IMG/VR virus record: IMGVR_UViG_3300022753_000060
From: a virus
Length of the DNA: 64,000 nt
Strand: one strand, 5' to 3'
Within the stretch, counting starts at the first letter, position 1. Each line of letters starts with the position of its first letter. Position numbers and translations under genes: made by a program. The notes under the pieces are model-generated. The model searched no databases. It had not been told where the DNA came from and was given only the letters and a program-made list of their open reading frames with translations. This document shows positions 9,574 to 18,261 of this stretch, piece by piece.

Positions 9574-9882
9574 TAGGTGCTAATACCTTAGAGAATATAT
9601 TTAAGTGTACATAAAATATATTGATATTAAATTAGAAATTTGTGTATGGGTGCTACGAAGCCAAGGGACACATTACTTCAAGATGTTGCTCCTAAAATCG
9701 TGATTATATAATCAGTAAAAATCTCGAAGGGAAATGGTGCGGAAACAGCAGCTGTAGTTAAATGGAGTTAGATGAACTGCCCAAACACAATTAGACCTGC
9801 CTTGGATGATGGTCTATAAAATAAAAATGTAACGTCCAAGACCGTGGACCCTTAGCTCAGTTGGTTAGAGCTACCGGCTCAT

Positions 9883-10333
9883 CAAGAAGATTAAGAGGTA
9901 TTATATGGAAGAGAGTGCTGTTAAAGGAAATTGCGCTGAGCTTGCTTCAATGCATTATTTACAAAGTTTAGGTTGCGGAATATCAATTCCTTTTGGTTCA
10001 CTTAGATATGATTTTATTATTGATTATAAAAATAAATTATATCGTATCCAATGTAAAAGCGGAAAGTTAAAAAATAATGATGAATACTTGTATGTTCAAT
10101 TAACTTCCGGTAATAACAAAAGAGTAAAATTTTATGATGATTCAGAAATTGATTTCTTCTGTACAGCGATCGCTGGAAAATGTTATCTTTTGCCTAAAGA
10201 GGAAATTAAAACAAGAACATTTACGTTGAGATTAGTTGAACCAAAAAATAAACAAGAGCTCGGAATACATATGGCGCAAGATTACTTAGCTGATAAGATT
10301 CTTTCTTCCTTAAAATAAGCTCAATCGATGATG
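9883..10333 (+). mobile_element. putative group I intron in tRNA anticodon loop carrying homing-endonuclease ORF
   Basis: Insertion between anticodon positions 36/37; 5' splice after U, last intron nt G; contains 137-codon ORF 9905-10318. Confidence 0.5.
9905..10318 (+). CDS. intron-encoded small endonuclease, PD-(D/E)xK-like (I-Ssp6803I-like architecture)
   Basis: 137 aa with candidate active-site pattern E12 ... D36 (YDFIID) ... Q49-C-K51 (RIQCK). Lies within the tRNA(CAT) intron. Confidence 0.4.
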   Translation: MEESAVKGNCAELASMHYLQSLGCGISIPFGSLRYDFIIDYKNKLYRIQCKSGKLKNNDEYLYVQLTSGNNKRVKFYDDSEIDFFCTAIAGKCYLLPKEEIKTRTFTLRLVEPKNKQELGIHMAQDYLADKILSSLK

Positions 10334-10376
10334 AACCGGTTGGTCCGGGGTTCGAGTCCCTGAGGGTCCACCACAT

Positions 10377-10461
10377 GGGATGTTTGTCTAGCGGCAATGA
10401 CCTGAGACTGTAAATCTCATCTCTTCGGAGTTCGGTGGTTCGAGTCCATCACATCCCACCA
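10377..10461 (+). tRNA. tRNA-Tyr(GTA)
   Basis: Acceptor GGGATGT/ACATCCC, anticodon stem TGAGA/TCTCA, loop CTGTAAA, long variable arm, CCA encoded. Confidence 0.75.
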
Positions 10462-10723
10462 TTATATCTAGGTTAAATATTAGACCAGCCCGATATGGAT
10501 ACGGGAAAGTATAGGTGTAAATCCTATGGTATAAATAAGTACTTATCAACTTATAGTCAAAAGATAGGTGGTTTCATTAAGTACCAGAGATATGTCTCGA
10601 ATAAAGAGCTTAATCGATTGCGAATGTATCATATGTTAAGTTGCAGGTAAAGCTTGTAATCCAAAATAGCAAGTCGTATCAGTCTTATATTGTTAGTGAG
10701 GTGACTCCACATAGACATTTATA

Positions 10724-10799
10724 TAGCGGGGTGGAGAAGATGGAATCTCGTCGGACTCATTATCCGAAGGTCACTGGTTCGAGCCCAGTCCCCGCAACC
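10724..10799 (+). tRNA. tRNA(CAT), third CAU species (possible initiator-type, 1:72 mismatch)
   Basis: Acceptor AGCGGGG/CCCCGCA (A1xA72 mismatch), D GAGA-AGATGGAA-TCTC, anticodon stem TCGGA/TCCGA, loop CTCATTA, CCA encoded. Confidence 0.65.
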
Positions 10800-10802
10800 A
10801 TT

Positions 10803-10878
10803 TGTTCTCATAGTATAAGGGATTAGTACAAGGGTCTTCTAAACCTTAAATCTTGGTTCGAATCCAGGTGGGAACACC
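10803..10878 (+). tRNA. tRNA-Arg(TCT)
   Basis: Acceptor GTTCTCA/TGGGAAC, anticodon stem AGGGT/ACCTT, loop CTTCTAA, CCA encoded. Confidence 0.75.
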
Positions 10879-10881
10879 ATA

Positions 10882-10955
10882 TAGGCTTTTAGTTTAAAGG
10901 TAGAACAACAGACTTTGACTCTGTAGGTGGTAGTTCGATTCTATCAGAGCCTGCC
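10882..10955 (+). tRNA. tRNA-Gln(TTG)
   Basis: Acceptor AGGCTTT/AGAGCCT, anticodon stem ACAGA/TCTGT, loop CTTTGAC, CCA encoded. Confidence 0.75.
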
Positions 10956-11073
10956 ATTTCTTATATCTATTCCTTATTACGCGAGAGTTAGTCATTAAGG
11001 TGAGAATCAAGTACGATATAAGAATGTAACCATCGGCGGCGTAGTGGTAACTCAATAGGTGGTTACAAATTTT

Positions 11074-11147
11074 AGGCCCTTAGTTTAAAGGTAAAACTAT
11101 GGTCTCCAAAACCATTGTTGGAAGTTCGAGTCTTTCAGGGCCTGCCA
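11074..11147 (+). tRNA. tRNA-Trp(CCA)
   Basis: Acceptor AGGCCCT/AGGGCCT, anticodon stem ATGGT/ACCAT, loop CTCCAAA, CCA encoded. Confidence 0.75.
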
Positions 11148-11150
11148 AAT

Positions 11151-11224
11151 GCGACATTGGTGTAGTGGTAACATTCCTGCCTTCCAAGCAGTTGTCGTCG
11201 GTTCAAATCCGACATGTCGCTCCA
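11151..11224 (+). tRNA. tRNA-Gly(TCC)
   Basis: Acceptor GCGACAT/ATGTCGC, anticodon loop CTTCCAA, T-loop GTTCAAATC, CCA encoded. Confidence 0.7.
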
Positions 11225-11228
11225 ATAT

Positions 11229-11304
11229 AGGAGAGTGGCCAAATGGTTAAGGTTTCTGTCTGATACACAGAAGATTATAGGTTCAAGTCCTATCTCTCCT
11301 ACCA
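11229..11304 (+). tRNA. tRNA-Ile(GAT)
   Basis: Acceptor AGGAGAG/CTCTCCT, anticodon stem TCTGT/ACAGA, loop CTGATAC, CCA encoded. Confidence 0.75.
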
Positions 11305-11307
11305 TAT

Positions 11308-11383
11308 GCCTGGATAGCCTAGTTGGTCAAGGCAGTGGACTGAAAATCCACCCATCTTAGTTCGATTCTAAGTCCAGGCACCA
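11308..11383 (+). tRNA. tRNA-Phe(GAA)
   Basis: Acceptor GCCTGGA/TCCAGGC, D-arm AGCCTAGTTGGTCAAGGC, anticodon stem GTGGA/TCCAC, loop CTGAAAA, CCA encoded. Confidence 0.8.
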
Positions 11384-11386
11384 TGT

Positions 11387-11477
11387 GGTAAGTTGGGTGA
11401 ATGGTTAAACCAGCAGTTTGCTAAACTGCCGTAGGAAGCAATTTCTACTATTAGTTCGAATCTAATACTTACCGCCA
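11387..11477 (+). tRNA. tRNA-Ser(GCT)
   Basis: Acceptor GGTAAGT/ACTTACC, anticodon stem GCAGT/ACTGC, loop TTGCTAA, long variable arm, CCA encoded. Confidence 0.75.
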
Positions 11478-11483
11478 AAATAT

Positions 11484-11559
11484 GGCTCTATCGTCTAATT
11501 GGCTAGGACAGCACGCTTTCAATGTGCAAACAGGAGTTCGAATCTCCTTAGAGCTACCA
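11484..11559 (+). tRNA. tRNA-Glu(TTC)
   Basis: Acceptor GGCTCTA/TAGAGCT, anticodon stem GCACG/TGTGC, loop CTTTCAA, CCA encoded. Confidence 0.7.
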
Positions 11560-11562
11560 CGT

Positions 11563-11651
11563 GGAGAGTTACCAAAGCGGTCGTACTGGGATGGTCTTGA
11601 AAACCATTTGTCTGTAAGGGCACGGGGGTTCGAATCCCTCACTCCCCGCCA
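11563..11651 (+). tRNA. tRNA-Ser(TGA)
   Basis: Acceptor GGAGAGT/ACTCCCC, anticodon stem ATGGT/ACCAT, loop CTTGAAA, long variable arm, T-arm GGGGG-TTCGAAT-CCCTC, CCA encoded. Confidence 0.7.
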
Positions 11652-11859
11652 AGCCTGTTAGGAATGTGCACTTAAAACTAATGTTATGAATCCTAACTTT
11701 AAAAGCAGATGTTTTGGCTGTCTGATTTCAGAGTACAGATAAAACTCTTGTCCTTTCCTTGGGAGATAAAGGAGCTTCTTAATACTTGTCTTGACAGCTA
11801 AAAGATAATATCAATGTTCCTAACGCATTTATTTGAAGGTATATAAAGTTAGGGTATAT

Positions 11860-11936
11860 GGTCCGTTAGTTCAGTTGGTTAGAACGTCTGCCTGTCACGC
11901 AGAAGGTCAGCGGTTGAAGTCCGCTACGGATCGCCA
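11860..11936 (+). tRNA. tRNA-Asp(GTC)
   Basis: Acceptor GGTCCGT/ACGGATC, D GTTC-AGTTGGTTA-GAAC, anticodon stem TCTGC/GCAGA, loop CTGTCAC, CCA encoded. Confidence 0.8.
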
Positions 11937-12117
11937 TTTTTTACTGTATAATATAATATGAAGAAAAAATTTACTATGGTATTTCCTGATAAAACCATTA
12001 AATCAACTTTTATCAAAATAAGAGATGAAAATTTTATAAATATCATTTCTTCTAACCCAAGTAAAGTTTATAAAAATAAAAAGAAATATAGTAGAAAACA
12101 AAAACATAGGAGAGATT

Positions 12118-12486
12118 ATGAATAGTCATTATTTAATTGAAGTTATGAATATGTTACATATTAAACCTAATAGCAAAATAAAGTATCATAAGAAAGGAGA
12201 TGATACTTACACCTATCAATATATTTATGAAAATAAAGAAGAAGCTCACATAGAATGTATTTCTCATACAACAGGTTATCCTTGTGATTATATAGTAATA
12301 GGGTTACTATTAAGTGAAGATATTGATGTGATAGTAGAAGATAAATTAAATTATAAGAAAGCATATCAAGAATTAGTTGAGTGTATTGAATCAAGGTTTC
12401 TTAATTGCAGTGATAACGATAATAGGGTGTACAGTAGTCTATTAGAATATATTCAAGTTATAGAAGTGAGGAATCAAGGTGAGTAA
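12118..12486 (+). CDS. hypothetical protein
   Basis: 122-aa ORF with RBS ataggagag upstream; first gene after the tRNA array. Confidence 0.45.
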   Translation: MNSHYLIEVMNMLHIKPNSKIKYHKKGDDTYTYQYIYENKEEAHIECISHTTGYPCDYIVIGLLLSEDIDVIVEDKLNYKKAYQELVECIESRFLNCSDNDNRVYSSLLEYIQVIEVRNQGE

Positions 12487-13219
12487 AACATATTTTGTAG
12501 TTAGTGATGTCCATGGTTTTTATTCCATACTTAAGAAAGAATTAAAGAAGAAAAAATTTGATTTAAAAAATCCAGACCATATACTAGTAGTGGCGGGTGA
12601 TTTATTTGATAGAGGTAATGAGGCTGTAGAATTATTTAAATTTGTTCAATGGTTAAACAATAAGAAAAGATTTGTATATGTAAGAGGTAATCATGAAGAT
12701 TTGTTAGAAGAATGTGTTAAGGAGTTAAATTTTACAGGTGGTGCTGCTTCTTCATATCACTATTCAAATGGAACTATATCTACATGTATGCAGTTACAAG
12801 ACGAAAGATATTTAAAGAAAGTACTTAAATTCATAAAAAAGAATTGTGTAAATTATTTTGAAGTTGATAAATATATTATAGTACACGGTTGGATACCTTC
12901 ATTTACAACAGCAACTGAACCTTATGAGACAAGCAATGCTATTTTGAATTATAATCCAGATTGGAGAAATAGTAATGATTATCACTGGGAATGTGCTCGA
13001 TGGGTCAATGGTATGAAAGCATGGAATGATAGGGTAAGAGAAAAAGATAAAACTATAGTATGTGGTCATTGGCATTCAGGGTATGGGCATTTTAATCTAC
13101 ACAAGAAATATGGCAGTGAATATGAGTGCTTTGAACCATTTGAAGATGCTGGAATTATAGCATTAGATGCAATGACCGCTTATTCAAAAAGAATAAATGT
13201 GTTAAAAATAAAAGAATAG
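12479..13219 (+). CDS. PPP-family Ser/Thr phosphoprotein phosphatase / diadenosine tetraphosphatase-like metallophosphoesterase
   Basis: VSDVHG (GDxHG), GDLFDRG (GDxxDRG), RGNHE (GNHE), HGW, GHWH motifs. Confidence 0.65.
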   Translation: MSKTYFVVSDVHGFYSILKKELKKKKFDLKNPDHILVVAGDLFDRGNEAVELFKFVQWLNNKKRFVYVRGNHEDLLEECVKELNFTGGAASSYHYSNGTISTCMQLQDERYLKKVLKFIKKNCVNYFEVDKYIIVHGWIPSFTTATEPYETSNAILNYNPDWRNSNDYHWECARWVNGMKAWNDRVREKDKTIVCGHWHSGYGHFNLHKKYGSEYECFEPFEDAGIIALDAMTAYSKRINVLKIKE

Positions 13220-13389
13220 AATAAATAATATTAAAAATAAATATATTTAGATGTTAAATTTCAGGTGAATTACTGTATATTATTATAGGAGAGCATAAGA
13301 TGTGCCTGAAATTTTATGGTATAATCTCATGTGAATAAAAACAAATAAAAGATTTTAACAGCAAATAAATTAAAAAGGAGAATCTTGTT

Positions 13390-14895
13390 ATGACATTTTT
13401 ACAAGGATTAAAAAATGAATTAAATACCTCAACCACAGAAAATGGTGCAAAAGGGTATGCTGCTACTGGTAAAGCATTATTAGACTTTAACTTTAAAATA
13501 TCTTCATTTAGGGATTCAAGTGAAGAAGAAATTGAGATAGAATTTAAAAAAGCATGGTTTGAAAACAAAGAACTCGCTCTTAAATACCTATTCTATGCTA
13601 GAGATGCAAGAGAAGGTTTAGGAGAAAGAAGACTATTTAGAACATGTGTAACTGAAATTATAGATGAATTAGATGAAAGAGTATTTGATTGGATTGTTGA
13701 ATTTGGTAGATACGATGATTTATTTGTTTTCTTTGGTACTAAACTAGAAAAACAAATGCTTGAATACGTAAAAACCCAATTGAGAAAAGATGCTAAAAAT
13801 CTTGTTAATAAAGAGCCTATATCATTATTAGCTAAATGGATGCCATCAATAAATACATCTTCAAGCGAAACAAAACGAAAAGCAAGGAGAATTAAATCTT
13901 ATTTAGGAATGTCAGAAAAAGATTATAGAAAAATGCTTTCTGATTTAAGAAACCATTTAGATGTGTTAGAAAGAAAATGTTCTTCAAATAAATGGGAAGA
14001 GATAAAATATGAAAATGTACCATCTCAAGCTAACATAAAATATATGGGGGCATTTTTAAGACATGATGAAGATAGAAGAAGAGATTATTTATCTAAACTT
14101 GAAAAAGGTGAGACAAAAATAAATGCTTCAACTCTATTCCCTCATGATATAGTTTGCAAGTATAGAAATTGTAGAAATAAAGATATCACATTAGAAGAAT
14201 TATGGAAATCTTTACCTGATTATGTTCAAGGAGATAGTTCAACTATAGTAGTTAGAGATGGTTCAGGTTCGATGACTTGTAATGTAGGAAAGACTAGCAC
14301 ATCTGCATTAGATGTTGCAACTGCATTATCTATTTATTTTGCAGAAAGATGTAAAGGTGAGTTTAAAGATAAATTTATCACTTTTTCGAATCAACCAAGA
14401 TTAGTTTCTTTTGAAAAATATGATAATTTAAAAGATAAATTAAATGTAGCTTATGCAGAAGCAGAGGTTGCTAATACTAATATTGAAGCTGTATTTGATT
14501 TAATATTAAAAACAGCAGTTAAAAATAATATGTCTCAAGAAGAGATACCAAATATTTTAATTATATCAGATATGGAATTTGATGAATGTGCTACAACAAA
14601 CGCAACAAGAACTAATAGATGGGATCATACTGCTCCAGATGCTAAATTATTTGATGCTATAAGACAAAGATATGAGAATGCAGGTTATAAATTACCTAAA
14701 ATGTCTTTCTGGAATGTTAATTCAAGAACAAAGACAATCCCAGTAATTCAAAATGATTTAGGGGTAGCTTTAGTATCAGGATTTAGTCCAGCAGTCGTAA
14801 ATATGGTTTTATCAAATGAAATAGATCCATATATAGCATTGCTAAAAGAAATAACTAAAGATAGATATGCAGAAATTACATTAAAAACTGTATAA
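13390..14895 (+). CDS. vWA-domain protein (DUF2828/TROVE-like)
   Basis: 501 aa; N-terminal TENGAKGY...ALLDFNFK; MIDAS-like DxSxS motif VRDGSGSMT; C-terminal ILIISDMEFDE. Confidence 0.4.
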   Translation: MTFLQGLKNELNTSTTENGAKGYAATGKALLDFNFKISSFRDSSEEEIEIEFKKAWFENKELALKYLFYARDAREGLGERRLFRTCVTEIIDELDERVFDWIVEFGRYDDLFVFFGTKLEKQMLEYVKTQLRKDAKNLVNKEPISLLAKWMPSINTSSSETKRKARRIKSYLGMSEKDYRKMLSDLRNHLDVLERKCSSNKWEEIKYENVPSQANIKYMGAFLRHDEDRRRDYLSKLEKGETKINASTLFPHDIVCKYRNCRNKDITLEELWKSLPDYVQGDSSTIVVRDGSGSMTCNVGKTSTSALDVATALSIYFAERCKGEFKDKFITFSNQPRLVSFEKYDNLKDKLNVAYAEAEVANTNIEAVFDLILKTAVKNNMSQEEIPNILIISDMEFDECATTNATRTNRWDHTAPDAKLFDAIRQRYENAGYKLPKMSFWNVNSRTKTIPVIQNDLGVALVSGFSPAVVNMVLSNEIDPYIALLKEITKDRYAEITLKTV

Positions 14896-15215
14896 TATAA
14901 TAAGACACATACAGCAATTCTACATAAGGAACTTGAAATTCGTTTTATACTGTGTCTTGTAAAAAATAAGACCTTTACAGCAATTTTAAAAAACTATTCG
15001 TTGGGAGAATATCTTTTTCAGGTCTTGTAAATAATTTCGACAAGGAAAAGTCGCTTTAAAACCATGTTGTCCTATACCAACGGAGTGATAGGGTGTAGCG
15101 TTCCACTAGCAAACGTTTGGTTCTTGATAAGTGAGCCAATGATAAATTAGAGTAATCTTAACAAAAAGAATCTTGACACTTGCGGAAAGACAGCCAAGAA
15201 ACAACTTATCCATGT

Positions 15216-15309
15216 AGGGGTGTACGATAATTGGAAGTCAAGCGGTCTTCAAAACCGTAACAATAGGTCTCCAAAACCTATAGCGCGGGTTCGATTCCTG
15301 CAACCCCTG
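15216..15309 (+). tRNA. candidate opal-suppressor tRNA(UCA), Trp-derived/Sec-like, with an extra CCA-loop hairpin; no CCA encoded
   Basis: Acceptor AGGGGTG/AACCCCT (6/7 bp), D-arm GATAATTGGAAGTC, anticodon arm GCGGT-CTTCAAA-ACCGT (anticodon TCA), extra hairpin TAGGT-CTCCAAA-ACCTA, T-arm GCGGG-TTCGATT-CCTGC. Sits in 550-nt ORF-free island. Confidence 0.5.
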
Positions 15310-15448
15310 GCTCAATGAGTAAGTACCTTCACGCTGGTTGAGCTGTTTTAACCAAACTTACTCATTTTAAGTAACTTAGCTTTGGTAATGGTGCACCTAC
15401 TAAGTTACCAGAGCTATTTAACTTAATATTATTAAAGGAGAAGAAAAG

Positions 15449-15904
15449 ATGAAATTTACTATTAAAAACAAGAAATTTTTAAATAGAAGTGATTTAGTTA
15501 TTGATTATATCCAGTATCAAGACAATGATAAAATATCAACAAAGCTTATTGAAGGTATGCTCAATATATCTAAGATTGAAGAAAATAAAACAGAATTTGA
15601 ATATGTTGATTATAGAAAAGATGGTTATGTTTTAATTGAAAATCAACTAGGTGCTTTTATTGTTAGAGAAGATAATCTTAATGAGATTGAAGAAGATAAA
15701 GATATTCTAGATTTTCGTAATATTAAAAAAGTTATAAAAAGCAAAGATAAAACTATAATGCTAACTTATGATGACAGAAAGTTTGTTACTACTCGTTCTA
15801 AAGATGATGAAGACGATATTGAAAAAGCAGTTATGATTTTACTTCTTAAAAAAGAAGGGTATACTGTGAATGAAATTTATACTATAATTAATTCAGCAAA
15901 ATAG
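15449..15904 (+). CDS. hypothetical protein
   Basis: 151-aa ORF, RBS aaaggagaag upstream. Confidence 0.5.
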   Translation: MKFTIKNKKFLNRSDLVIDYIQYQDNDKISTKLIEGMLNISKIEENKTEFEYVDYRKDGYVLIENQLGAFIVREDNLNEIEEDKDILDFRNIKKVIKSKDKTIMLTYDDRKFVTTRSKDDEDDIEKAVMILLLKKEGYTVNEIYTIINSAK

Positions 15905-15915
15905 AGGTAAATCTA

Positions 15916-16095
15916 ATGAACAAGAATATTAAGATTATAAGTTGTAAAGATTGTATGTATTTTCAAGTACAAAATATAAATAAAAATTCTCAATTATATT
16001 CTTGCAAATTAAACAAAAGAAATTTTGATTTAAGTAAATTAGATGTAAATACTAATAAATCATGTTACAAGGATAAAAGTTCTAAAAAGAACTAA
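15916..16095 (+). CDS. small Cys-rich (zinc-ribbon-like) protein
   Basis: 59 aa, MNKNIKIISCKDC...SCKLNK...SCYKD; below ORF-track threshold. Confidence 0.3.
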   Translation: MNKNIKIISCKDCMYFQVQNINKNSQLYSCKLNKRNFDLSKLDVNTNKSCYKDKSSKKN

Positions 16096-16324
16096 TTGTT
16101 TAACGACACGTAAACTGCAACATTAATACATAAACAGTTTTCTAAATACTACATTTCAATCTTTTAAAAAGATGTTAAGTTGGATTTATCCACGATAAGT
16201 CGAAAGAGCTTATAAGAAATGTCTGTGATATACAGGTTATATCTTTGAATTAGAACGAGATTTCTAATTGCTTATAGCCCTAGTAAGTCTAGGTAATGCT
16301 CGTTGCCCTTAACGGAAAAGGAAT

Positions 16325-16798
16325 GTGTCGTGTTATTATTTTAAATTAAGGAGAAATATTTTGCAAAGGATACTGAATGATGAGGTCATTGAAGAGGTAT
16401 TGTCTTTAAGATTACCTTTGACAGATGATTTTCAAAAATGTTCTTATATACTTCCAGATGGAAAATTCTTAGAGATGCAAGACCATTATGAAGCACATAA
16501 ATTTTTAGTGACTGAAGATTATGTTGCATGTCCATCTGATGCAGAGGTCTTATTAAGTGATTTAGGCTACATAAGATATAGTTTTGTAGGGTATGTCACA
16601 TTGGCTAACAAAAAACCTACTAAAGAGCAGTACAAATCTCTTGAAATGGCTTTAATTAGAATAAAAGATTATAGAGATGAGATAAGTATACAAATACAAA
16701 ATCAGCCTAAATTTTTTATAAATATGTCTTTAGATGATATCCCGTATATTATAAAAAGAATAAAACATTACTATACTACTGGTACTTTAATGATGTAG
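16325..16798 (+). CDS. hypothetical protein (true start may be TTG at about 16361 after RBS aaggagaa)
   Basis: 157-aa ORF. Confidence 0.45.
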   Translation: MSCYYFKLRRNILQRILNDEVIEEVLSLRLPLTDDFQKCSYILPDGKFLEMQDHYEAHKFLVTEDYVACPSDAEVLLSDLGYIRYSFVGYVTLANKKPTKEQYKSLEMALIRIKDYRDEISIQIQNQPKFFINMSLDDIPYIIKRIKHYYTTGTLMM

Positions 16799-16804
16799 GT
16801 GACT

Positions 16805-17062
16805 ATGGAAATAAAATTTTTTGAAGATGGAAAAGAGTTATCTATAAGAGAAGTAATTAATACTAAAATAGATAAAAATAATAATATAGTAAATGTTATT
16901 CAATGCTGTGTTGAAGGATTTAGTCCATCCGAGATACATGAGTGTATATTAGCTTTAAAACAATTATTTATGGAGCATGGGGTAAATATTATACCTCTTG
17001 CAATACCTGATTTAGAGCATAGATATATTTTTAATCAATTACAAATAAAAGGAGATGAATAA
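16805..17062 (+). CDS. hypothetical protein
   Basis: ORF 16799-17062; ATG at 16805 follows RBS-like aggtga. Confidence 0.4.
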   Translation: MEIKFFEDGKELSIREVINTKIDKNNNIVNVIQCCVEGFSPSEIHECILALKQLFMEHGVNIIPLAIPDLEHRYIFNQLQIKGDE

Positions 17063-17588
17063 TATGGTAGTTGTTACAGTGATCTTAAGTTTGTTGGTAG
17101 TAGCACTAATCTTATTAGCAATTTTTAAGAAAGAATGGCTATTATCAATATTTGGTAATTCAGTAGTTGGAAAGGTTGAAAAGAAAAAGAAAATTGAAGG
17201 TGAGATAGAAGTTTTAAAGAAACAACAAAAAGTTGAAATTGAAAATATTATTAAGACTTATGACCAAAAGAAAGCAAATTTAATTGATACTACAAATGCT
17301 CAAATCAATAGTCTACAAGCACAAATTGCTGCTTTAAAAGCAAATAAAGAGACACAAACAAATGTTCTTAATGAAGAAAAGAAAGTTGATATTGATAGAA
17401 AAACTAATGAATATAATCAAAAAATTGTAAGTAAAACAAACCAAGCTAAAAAATTAGGTTATCTTATTGAAGCAGAGCAAAAGAACTTAGCGGATGTTAT
17501 TTCACCGAATCAACCTAATCAACCTACTGAACAACCTAAACCTAAACCAAAACTTCTATTAGAATCATCAAGAAAAGACAGGATTTAA
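17055..17588 (+). CDS. membrane-anchored coiled-coil protein
   Basis: N-terminal hydrophobic helix VVVTVILSLLVVALILLAIF, then K/E/Q-rich coiled coil. Confidence 0.45.
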   Translation: MNNMVVVTVILSLLVVALILLAIFKKEWLLSIFGNSVVGKVEKKKKIEGEIEVLKKQQKVEIENIIKTYDQKKANLIDTTNAQINSLQAQIAALKANKETQTNVLNEEKKVDIDRKTNEYNQKIVSKTNQAKKLGYLIEAEQKNLADVISPNQPNQPTEQPKPKPKLLLESSRKDRI

Positions 17589-17692
17589 GACGGCTGAAGT
17601 TAAGAAAACAAAAAAAAATAATTATAAATAAAAAGTCTATAACATATAATTATAGACTTTTTTTTACTGTATATTATAATGAGGAGATTAAA

Positions 17693-18259
17693 ATGTTAAA
17701 GTTTATATATGGAACGATGGGTAGTTCGAAAACAGCTTCAGCTCTTATGAGATATTTTGAATTAAAAACTTCAGGGTATAATGTTGTACTAATGAAACCA
17801 GCTATTGATGAACGCGATGGATCTGATATAATAAAGAGTAGAATAGGATTAGAAGAAAAAGCTATTGTATTTGATGTTAAAGATAATTTAGCTGGTTTAT
17901 TTAAAGCAAAGAGATTACATACTGTAATTATAGATGAAGCTCAATTTTGCACAGAAGAACAGATAAACAACTTAAAATTATTATCTATTAAAAATAACGT
18001 TAAAATATATTGTTATGGGCTCAAAACTGATTTTACATCGCATCTTTTTGAGGGCAGTAAGAGATTATTAGAAATAGCGGATTCTATAGAAGAACTAGAA
18101 ATGAGTTGTAAAAGATGTGGAGAACCAGCACAAGTAAACGCAAGAGTGGATAAGAAAGGTAATATTATAAGAGATGGAGAACAAATTGAATTAGGCTCTA
18201 ATGATAAATATCAAGCATTATGTTATAGATGTTGGATTGAAGAAAATAAGGAGAAATAA
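17693..18259 (+). CDS. tdk: thymidine kinase
   Basis: P-loop GTMGSSKT, DEAQF, C-terminal zinc ribbon CKRC...CYRC; 188 aa. Confidence 0.85.
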   Translation: MLKFIYGTMGSSKTASALMRYFELKTSGYNVVLMKPAIDERDGSDIIKSRIGLEEKAIVFDVKDNLAGLFKAKRLHTVIIDEAQFCTEEQINNLKLLSIKNNVKIYCYGLKTDFTSHLFEGSKRLLEIADSIEELEMSCKRCGEPAQVNARVDKKGNIIRDGEQIELGSNDKYQALCYRCWIEENKEK

Positions 18260-18261
18260 AA

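Larger units (their letters stand above)
9846..10373 (+). tRNA. tRNA(CAT), probably Ile2/Met-type, interrupted by a 451-nt intron in the anticodon loop (exons 9846-9882 and 10334-10373)
   Basis: 5' exon GGACCCTTAGCTCAGTTGGTTAGAGCTACCGGCTCAT; 3' exon AACCGGTTGGTCCGGGGTTCGAGTCCCTGAGGGTCCACCA. Joined they give a perfect cloverleaf with loop CTCATAA. The intron follows a U and ends in G. Confidence 0.75.

Noticed and set aside
11030-11073. tRNA-like fragment GGCGGCGTAGTGGTAACTCAATAGGTGGTTACAAA upstream of tRNA-Trp
   Set aside because: It has a D-arm-like sequence only, with no acceptor or T-arm partner. Probably a decayed tRNA remnant.
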